From: Octopus bimaculoides
Lineage: Eukaryota
Assembly: GCF_001194135.2 (NCBI RefSeq)
Contig: NC_068981.1
Span: forward strand, 102,998,450-103,042,490
Direction: 5' to 3'
DNA: 44,041 nucleotides
Shown here: piece after piece, positions 35,926-44,041 of the stretch
How the letters are laid out: the number at the start of each line of letters is the position of its first letter
Position numbering within the stretch: the first letter of the stretch is position 1
Program-made: the position numbers and the translations under genes
The notes under the pieces: generated by a model
What the model was told of the DNA's origin: nothing
The model's database searches: none
Seen by the model: only the letters and a program-made list of their open reading frames with translations

Positions 35926-36930
35926 TTAGTATTTAGTTGACATTCCCTTTCCAGTTTTTAGTTCAGAAACTCTTTTTGGCATTGAACTGATGAGCTTTGT
36001 GATTGTCTCTTGTGGAATTTCTGCCCACTTTTCACGCAACAATCGAAGCCATTCATCTTTAGATTTAGGTTTTTGTTGAGTTTTTTTTGTATAGCTCTAC
36101 CTAGTACGCTCCAAAGATTTTCAGTCGGGTTAATGTCAGGGGATTGTCTGGGCCAAGGAAGCTTTTTGATTCCATTTTCAGTCAGCCATTGTTGATTCCT
36201 TTTCGCTGTGGCATGGAGCCCTATCTTCTATGAATAAAAACTCATTTTTCCTTATTTTATCGTATGTATACATCGGAAGTAGTTCTTGTTTAAGTATTTC
36301 GATGTATTTTTCAGAATTTATGGTTCCAACACATTCGATCAGCTCTGAACGACCATTGCTGGTGACAGCTCCCCATACCATTACAGAGATACCGCCATGT
36401 TTCACAGTTGGTTGGAATCGTTTCAAATCAAATTCTTGATTGAGAAACCTCCAGACCCAAACACGTCCACTGTCTAAAAATAATGCAAATTTGGATTCAT
36501 CTGAGAAAATCACTCTATCCCAAAATGAACTGAATTTTTCTGACATCTCTTTAGCCCATTTCTTTCTTTTCATGATATTAATTGGTTAAAGGAGAGGTTT
36601 TCTTCTCGCTGCTCGTCCATAATACCCAAGATTATGCTGATATGTAACACACGGTCTTGGACTGACTTCTAGGTGATTTGCAATATCAGAAGCCTTTGAA
36701 CAGGGTTCGTTTTCCACGATCCTCTTCAAACAGTGAAGCTTCCTTTCCAAGGGCCCAGGTCGGCTGGGACGAGAATCTGTTGATTGTTTTCCTTGTCTTT
36801 TGAATTGCACTATAATTGTAATTAACAAAGCAAGAGGAATTTGAAGATTTTCGGCAATTTCTCGTTGGCTAAGACCAGCCTCAGATTGACCAACAATACG
36901 ACCTCTTTGAAAATTTGACTGCGTTGATCA
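35926..36930 (-). mobile_element. Decayed Tc1-like (DD34E) transposase, near complete coding region
   Basis: [23 protein letters not shown]; [11 protein letters not shown]; VIFSDESKF; PTVKHGGISVMVWG; EDRAPCH; WPRQSPDINPTENLW. The D-to-E spacing is 34 after correcting one frameshift. No TIR pair found. Confidence 0.95.
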
Positions 36931-37799
36931 TGTTCTATGAACACGAATGTGTTTCTTGAAGCCTGCTGGTGCAAACCTTTTGGCAAATGGAGCAAGTTGG
37001 GGGCTCAATTTGCTCTAGTGCTTGTGGATCATTTACTATGTGTTTTCTTGAGTGTGCCTCAAAACTACAATGACATGTAAGGTTTTTATTCAGAAGAACA
37101 GTGTTTTTCCAGTGTGCCTTTATGTTTGCACGCGGTTAGTCTCAATGTTGGAGTCGACTTTGCTCGAATTTTCAAGTCTTTTTATTTGTTATTCATCTCC
37201 ACCTCCACCAACAGTTGACTGATCTTGGTGGTCTGATATAGCATTCGGGCCATATAATGGCTTGAGAGCGATAATGGTAGCATTTACGCGGTACATCCAT
37301 CCTGTCATATAAATGTGCCATCGATGATAAAAACTTCATTCCCAGCAGCGAATCCTGGTGAGAAAGATTACTATAATTCTATACTTATTTCAACTGTGCA
37401 AAAACAGTAATTGTCTAGTGGAGAGGAACACTCTTTTGGTAAAAGATTATGAAGTAATAGCATGAAAATTTAGATTGGAGTACACATTAGTTCTCGTTTA
37501 AGCATATCTCTTGGCTTCGATTAAAAGCAGAATGATCAGATAATTATTATTTTATTCAACATATCCTCCTCTCGGATTCAAACACTTGTCGCAGTGGTCC
37601 TTCAATTTTTCTAAGCCCAGTAAAAGAAGTCGGAAGAATGGGCCTCCAGCCAAGCCTTTCGCGTTACCCTGAAAGCCAGGAACTTTTCAGCACTACCTCG
37701 TATATATTATAGTCCAATATACTACGCCGGGGATCGAAACCAGGCCCTCGTGTTTGGTTATCTACACACACGCGCGCGCACGCACACACACGCACACAT

Positions 37800-37841
<42 letters not shown>

Positions 37842-38893
37842 ATATATACATGGTGCGAAGGATAAATTGTAGGCATTTTATATTTTTAATTTCACGCATG
37901 CACATTGTTTGCTTTTGATTTTTTCAACTACGCAGTATTGTAGGGTGAGTTGAGCACCGTCTGTGAGAAAAAGCATCAACATGATGCAATTCACTCTGCC
38001 AGAAATTTGGAAACAATATGCTGTAATGCTTGGTATTCGCGCCGGAAGCTCCAATGCGAACACTTCACAATGTTTGGGTGAGGACAGTACAAAGGATTCG
38101 GAAAGAGTTGAATGAATCTAATGGTGACTACGAAGGTACAGCAGCTCAGAAAACTCACTCTGATCGTTCTGATAAGGAAAAAACTCCTGAATTTGTTGTT
38201 AAGATTCAGGCCATTATTGACAACGATCCCTCCAAGTCAGTCAGATCTGTCGTCAGTGACATAGGAGTGTCTGCATGAAGACATTCAGTATTCATCATGC
38301 AAGATGAAAAAGGGCCGAATTTCATCCCAAGCCATCAAGGACAAGGTGAATGACCGCGCTACGAAGCTTTTCAACAAAGTCAAGCATCCCCTCCAACCGA
38401 CATCATGGTGTTAGGAGTGATCACTAGTGATAGTGACATTATGCCTCCAATTATCTTCCCACAGGGCCTCAGGCTCAACATGGGGGCCTACATCAAATGC
38501 TTGGAGAAGGTACTGCTGCCATGGGTCAAGAGGTTGGTTGCTGGAAGACTCTATGTCAGGAAACAGGACGCTGCACTATATCACACAAGCAGGAGAACCT
38601 AGCCATGGCTGTCAGACAATTTCTGCAACCACATTACTCTTAACATTTGGCTTCCTAACTCCTCACACTGCAACCCCCTTGATTATTATGTGTGGGGTGC
38701 AGTTCAGCGAGAGACCAACAAAACTCCTTGTAACACGAAAGATGAACTGAAGGCAAGGATTAAGGCAGCATTCACCAACTTAAACAAGGAGACCGTCCAG
38801 AAGAGTTACAGGAGATTTTGAAGTCATCAGGAGGCCATGGTGAAGCCGATGGCGATTTTATTGAATAGATTTACTCTTTAGTATTTCAAGATA

Positions 38894-39190
38894 GTAAAAC
38901 CAGTAGCTAGCAGACTATGGCTATCACTCTGGCGTACTCGCGACTGAGGATAAGCCAAATAGCTCGAAACTGAGTCAGTCTCGCGATCCTAATACCTGCT
39001 AGATAGTTCGCTCCCCCTTCTAACAATATCTTGTATATAAAGGGTGCGAGTCGCACCGAAAGCCAGCTGGCGGAGAATCTGCCTGCGGTTAAACTAGTAG
39101 TAACATTCAACAGCCACTTTGATGTGGCGACTGGCTTTACTGTTTAGTATAGTTATTACTTTAGTCTCTCTGTGAGATTTTACAACTAGC
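38894..39190 (+). mobile_element. Retrozyme-like non-autonomous retroelement (297 bp, non-coding) with 12-bp TSD
   Basis: Interrupts the maT 3' region. Flanked by TATTTCAAGATA (38882-38893) and TATTTGAAGATA (39191-39202). Contains a type-I HHR and several hairpins. Confidence 0.8.
38934..38993 (+). ncRNA. Extended type-I hammerhead ribozyme (Sm-alpha1-like)
   Basis: GTAC, then stem I TCGCGA (38938-43)/TCGCGA (38981-86); core CTGAGGA (38944-50); stem II AGC/GCT with loop CAAATA; GAAA (38966-69); stem III ACTG/CAGT; GUC triplet (38978-80); then TCC. Confidence 0.88.
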
Positions 39191-39496
39191 TATTTGAAGA
39201 TATTTTTAAGTAACTGTGGTAAATATATCTGTTAAAATGTGATGGCAGTGTTAACATTTGTGCGTAATTTAGACAATTTATTCACGCACCCTATATATAT
39301 ATATATATATATATNNNNNNNNNNNNNNNNNNNNNNNNNNNNNNNNNNNNNNNNNNNNNNNNNNNNNNNNNNNNNNNNNNNNNNNNNNNNNNNNNNNNNN
39401 NNNNNNNNNNNNNNNNNNNNNNNNNNNNNNNNNNNNNNNNNNNNNNNNNNNNNNNNNNNNNNNNNNNNNNNNNNNNNNNNNNNNNNNNNNNNNNNN

Positions 39497-39560
<64 letters not shown>

Positions 39561-39739
39561 GGGGTGACTTAGAAATGGTTGTGGAGATAATTTAGCGAAG
39601 AAAAGAAAATTTGTGAATGGAAGTTACAACAACAATATAATAAGATGGCCGAAAGAATAGAGTTATTAAAATGTTGGGAAACATCCAAGACAATTTGTCG
39701 CCACTAGAAAACAATCTCCGATAAGTCGAGCCAACAGGG

Positions 39740-40390
39740 AGCCTCTATTTAGTCACCCCATATGCCAGACATAGCAACCAAATTTCCCTCAAATTATATC
39801 TTATTGTCTTTAAAAAAATAGTAACGACTCATTGGATAACATGGTCCTGGGCTCTCATTACATAGGAGAAAAACAGGATGGTCTTTGCCTGAATGGTTTT
39901 AAACATAGATCTGTTCGGTCTAAGCTAACCTGATGTTAAACAACATCATCGACAGCATTTCCTTTATGAAGCCAGCAAATGAATCTCTTGGTGGTTATTC
40001 GACATGTTAGAAATAACAACTGAATTTCTCTCAACTGACACCTTACTGTCTAAAACAAAAGGTGGAGAAATTCATTCATACATAACGTGGTTCTGTGTTG
40101 TCTAGAAAGAAGACGAAAAAGACGAGGTAGCCACGGATAGAATACTTGTGTGCAATAACAACAACAGTGACATCTCTGATACGAAGCCAAAGCGCGAGTG
40201 TTTTCGTAACAAGTCTACCTGCTAGAAATAACCACAAAATTACACCTGACTTGCTTCAAAACGAGAAGGAAACAATAACAAATATATTTCAAGATGCACT
40301 AAGGCAAGAAAAATAGTGGGACTGTCACGGTTGGAACGACTTTCATCATAGATCAACCCCATCAGGCTCATTTAGAGCTAAACTGTAATA
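39740..40390 (+). repeat. Cluster of three degenerate family E SINE-like copies
   Basis: Recurrent (TAGAAATAAC)..AAATTTCCCTCAAAT..ACTGTCT and GGATGGTC..GAATG..CATAGATC motifs at about 39770, 40008 and 40220. Confidence 0.55.
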
Positions 40391-40420
40391 ATAGTGAAAG
40401 CATCCACGAAACCTCTAATC

Positions 40421-40630
40421 TTTTACTTGTTTCAGTCATTGAACTGCGGTCATGCTGGAGCACCGCTTGAAAGCTTTAGTTGAACAAATTGAAACCAGTA
40501 CTTACTTAAAAAAAAATCTAATGCTTATTCTATTTTTGTCCTCTTTAGCCTGACTGCTAAGTTAGAGGACGTAAACAAACCAGCACTGGATGTCAAGTGG
40601 TGTGGGGTCGGGACAAACACAAAAATACAC

Positions 40631-40690
<60 letters not shown>

Positions 40691-40845
40691 CGCGCGCACG
40701 CACGCACACACCTACATATGACGGGTTTCCACACAGTTTCTGACCACTTAGTTTCTTCACAAGGTACTGGTTGGCCCGGTGCTATAGTAGAGGACACTTA
40801 CCAAGAGTGTCACGCAGAAGGACTGAACTCAAAACTGTGTGGTTG
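40421..40845 (-). mobile_element. tRNA-derived SINE, family B, diverged
   Basis: TTTTACTTGTTTCAGTCATTGAACTGCGGTCATGCTGGAGCACCGC..GCTATAGTAGAGGACACTT. Confidence 0.85.
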
Positions 40846-40996
40846 CAAATCGGAAGCTAAGACATCAAAGGAGAGAAAATAATTAATTGCATAAATGAAT
40901 ATATAAATAACCGCAGAGAAAAAGAAACTAAAACGCAACGTAGATTTATGAGCTAAGGAAAAAATGCTACGTGGCCGCTCTGTCTGTTAGAAATAG

Positions 40997-41402
40997 TTAC
41001 TCTTTACTCTTTTACTCTTTTACTTGCTTCAGTCATTTGATTGTGGCCATGCTGGAGCACCGCCTTTTAGTCGAGCTAGTCGACCCCAGGACTTATTCTT
41101 TGTAAGCCTAGTACTTATTCTATCGGTCTCTTTTAGCCGAACCGCTAAGTTACGGGGACGTAAACACACTAGCATCGGTTGTCAAGCGATGTTAGGGGGA
41201 CAAACACAGACACACAAAAACACATATATATACATATATACGACGGGCTTCTTTCAGTTTCCGTCTACCAAATCCACTCACAAGGCTTTGGTCGGCCCGA
41301 GGCTATAGTAGAAGACACTTGCCCAAGGTGCCATGCAATGGGACTGAACCCGGAACCATGTAGTTGGTAAGCAAGCTACTTACCAAACAGCCACTCCTAC
41401 AC
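40997..41402 (-). mobile_element. tRNA-derived SINE, family B, full length and best preserved copy
   Basis: Complete from the GGAGTGGCTG head and GGGTTCAGTCCC B box to the (GAGTAAAA)n tail. Confidence 0.95.
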
Positions 41403-41908
41403 CTAGTTGTGAAATATTCTTAAAAAATAAAGCACCCGACTGTCTTGCTAAAAGAAAACCTGATGGACAATAATACAGATCTAGATGCACATAAAAAAAT
41501 GAGATGGTCATAATTGGATTGCTTCTAATAATGGATAAGGTCAGTGAAGGAGTTAAATAGCAGCAGCAATAGCAATAATGTAGATTTACGATAGTTGATT
41601 ATAAGATTTTCCGTTTGAGACATGATGTGTTGATTAAATATCAAACTGATGATTACCGAGGATGGGTTGTTGTTAATTAGATCTTAATTAACTTCTTGTT
41701 TACTTTAGACGTGCTCTGCGTTTCGTTCGGTTTTGATCTCTGATTGTTATCAAATATCCTTTCCTGGATGTATACAACAACACTCTCGATTTAATTGGAA
41801 CAAAGTATCTTTATTTGTAAAATTAAGAGTCACAACATTTTTATCCATTAAACCAAAATAAAGGAAATGGCGGGATCAGAAGTGAAACTGATCGAAGCAT
41901 CGTTTCAG

Positions 41909-42187
41909 TATCTTTCTTTTATCTTTTATCTGTTTCAGACATTGCACTGCGGCCATGCTAGGGCACCGCCTTGAAGGGTTTACTCGAATAAATCAACCCC
42001 CAGTACTTATTTTCAAGCCAGGTACTTATTCTATCATTCGTCTTTGCCGATCTGCAAAGTCATAGGGACGCAAACAAACCAACACCGGTTGTCAAATAGG
42101 GGTAGGGGAAAAAACCTAGACACACACACACTAACACATACGAATATACACACAGGTACGACGAGTTTCTTTCAGTTTCTGTCTACT
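41909..42187 (-). mobile_element. tRNA-derived SINE, family B, 5'-truncated
   Basis: Family B tail and body reversed, with a (GATAAAA)n tail. Confidence 0.85.
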
Positions 42188-42380
42188 TCAGGGTAGACTG
42201 TCATCTTTTGATATTACATACACATAAAGTGGCCAGGTGGCAGTATTAAGACTCAAACAAAAGACATAGTAAAATCACCATAGAATAATAGACAGAAAGA
42301 AAGAGAACGAAAGAATCTCACTTTTCTTTCTTTCTCGCTCTTTCACATTGGCTCTGTTATACGTTTTATTTTCTATATTG

Positions 42381-42575
42381 TTTTCAAATTTTGGCACAAG
42401 AATAGCAATTTCAGGTGAGGGAGCAAGTCGATTACATCGAGACCAATGTTGAACTGGTACTTATTTTATCGACCCCGAAGGGATGAAAGTTTAAGTGGAC
42501 CTCAGAATGCAAAGACAGACGAAATGCCGCCAGGCATTTTGTCCTGCCTGCTAAAGATTCTGTCTGCTTGCCGCC
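42381..42575 (-). mobile_element. tRNA-derived SINE, family A
   Basis: TTCAAATTTTGGCACAAG..ACTGGTACTTATTTTATCGACCCCGAAGGGATGAAAG..CTTGCCGCC. Confidence 0.88.
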
Positions 42576-42775
42576 TTTTTCTGGTTCTTTATATTACCTT
42601 TCTCTTATGCGTCGTCTATTTTCTTCTCTCCCTTTGTCTTTTTTATTGTGTTTTATAGTATGTCACTAAGTCTTTCTCTTGCGTAATAATATCGTATTTA
42701 ACAGTCATTTTTTTGTATATTTTATACTTAGAATATTAATATCTATCGATCTATATACATGTCTATATATGTAAT

Positions 42776-43075
42776 CGATGTGGTGGGGAGAACAGAGACA
42801 CACAAACGTATACACATACATACATATACACATACACATATATGTACGACGGGCTTCTTTCAGTTTCCGTCTACCAAATCCACTCACAAGGTTTCGGTCG
42901 GCCAGAGGCTATAGTAGAAGACACATGCCCAAGGTGTCACGCAGTGGGACTGAATCCGGAACCATGTGGTTGGTAAGCAAGCTACTTACCACACAGGCCC
43001 CAACATCGCTTGACAACTGATGCTGGTTGTGTTTACGTCTCCGTAACTGAGCGGTTCGGCAAAAAGAGTTGGATA
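42776..43075. mobile_element. Family B SINE with its 5' half inverted
   Basis: 42776-42996 is the reverse complement of the head-to-middle region; 42997-43075 is the forward 3' half. Both halves meet at the CCCCA(C)CACATCG/CCCCAACATCG motif. Confidence 0.8.
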
Positions 43076-43215
43076 AATTAAAAGGGTGAGTTATTAGCAA
43101 TTAGGACCTAAAGGCAAAATTAATAGAGATCACAAAAGTGACAGAGGGCGCTGACTAGCACCGCTTATGCTAAAAGAGTTAAATTGACTCCAAAACCATT
43201 ATATACATACATACA

Positions 43216-43247
<32 letters not shown>

Positions 43248-44041
43248 NNNNNNNNNNNNNNNNNNNNNNNNNNNNNNNNNNNNNNNNNNNNNNNNNNNNN
43301 NNNNNNNNNNNNNNNNNNNNNNNNNNNNNNNNNNNNNNNNNNNNNNNNNNNNNNNNNNNNTATATATATATATATATATTCTTATAGTTTCTTTTGCTAC
43401 TTGTTTCAGACATTGTACTGCCGCCATGTTGGGGCATCGTCTCTAGGCTTCATTTTAATCTGTCATGCCGCCCCCAGTAGTTATTTCAGATAACTGCTTG
43501 TTTTATCGATCGATATTGAACTGAATAACTCAGTTAACATTTCGACTCAACACTGGTTTTTTCCTCTCCTTGTCCTAGTTGCTTATCAACAAACAGGACG
43601 ACATTGATTCAGCATTCACATCATCGAAATTATTCCAGCCATAACCAGCCTGTGGTCTTTGAAACTACCCTGTGCTATATTATATGTGTGCCCTATTTGT
43701 AAGACGATAAACTGTTATTTGAGAGACGTTTGAGTGGTTTTTGTAGCAGGTCAAGCTGTATCAATTACGTAAACACATACGTAGGCTAACACAAATCGAT
43801 ATATACACATATTCACACACAAACATGCACGTGCACATACATACACATACATACTTGGGGCATGTTTTAAGAGTCACCTTAAAAACATAAGCTGACAAAG
43901 CAAGCAATAAAATAGAAGAATGAAAAAATATTTGCGCAAAGGAAATCGAAGATACTTGGCAATTCGTTTGAATTGTGTGTGTGTGTATGTGTGTGTGTGT
44001 GTGTGTGTATGTGTGTGTGTGTGTGTGTGCGTGTGTGTGTG

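Larger units (their letters stand above)
37849..39293 (+). mobile_element. maT/mori-type (DD37D) transposon with both TIRs, an internal deletion and a nested insertion
   Basis: QD..(37 aa)..NPLDYYVWGAV; MVLGVITSD. Left end CATGGTGCGAAGGATAAATTGT matches the reverse complement of the right end (TAGGGTGCGTGAATAAATTGT), with TA flanks. The first catalytic Asp region is deleted near 38400. Confidence 0.9.

Overview
AT-rich eukaryotic, repeat-dominated DNA from a gapped short-read assembly; most N-gaps abut (TA)n or other microsatellites. The SINE families match my recollection of high-copy Octopus (coleoid cephalopod) SINEs, so the organism call is an unverified inference. No complete protein-coding gene is recognisable, and most listed ORFs are microsatellite artefacts. 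The window holds decayed transposons: mariner DD34D, Tc1 DD34E and maT DD37D transposase relics, a 5'-inverted Penelope-like element (PLE), the 5' half of an R4/Dong LINE, an RTE 3' fragment, two ~160-bp TG..CA solo-LTR-like elements with their own TSDs, a hAT-type MITE, and about 20 tRNA-derived SINE copies from several families. The most notable signal is three hammerhead-ribozyme (HHR) motifs on three unrelated small non-coding elements. (1) A ~297-bp structured insertion with a 12-bp TSD carries an extended type-I HHR resembling Schistosoma Sm-alpha1, i.e. a retrozyme candidate (38894-39190). (2) A tRNA-headed SINE has a tail carrying a minimal PLE-type HHR (10833-11075). (3) A PLE pLTR-like remnant carries a core-variant HHR (29131-29167).
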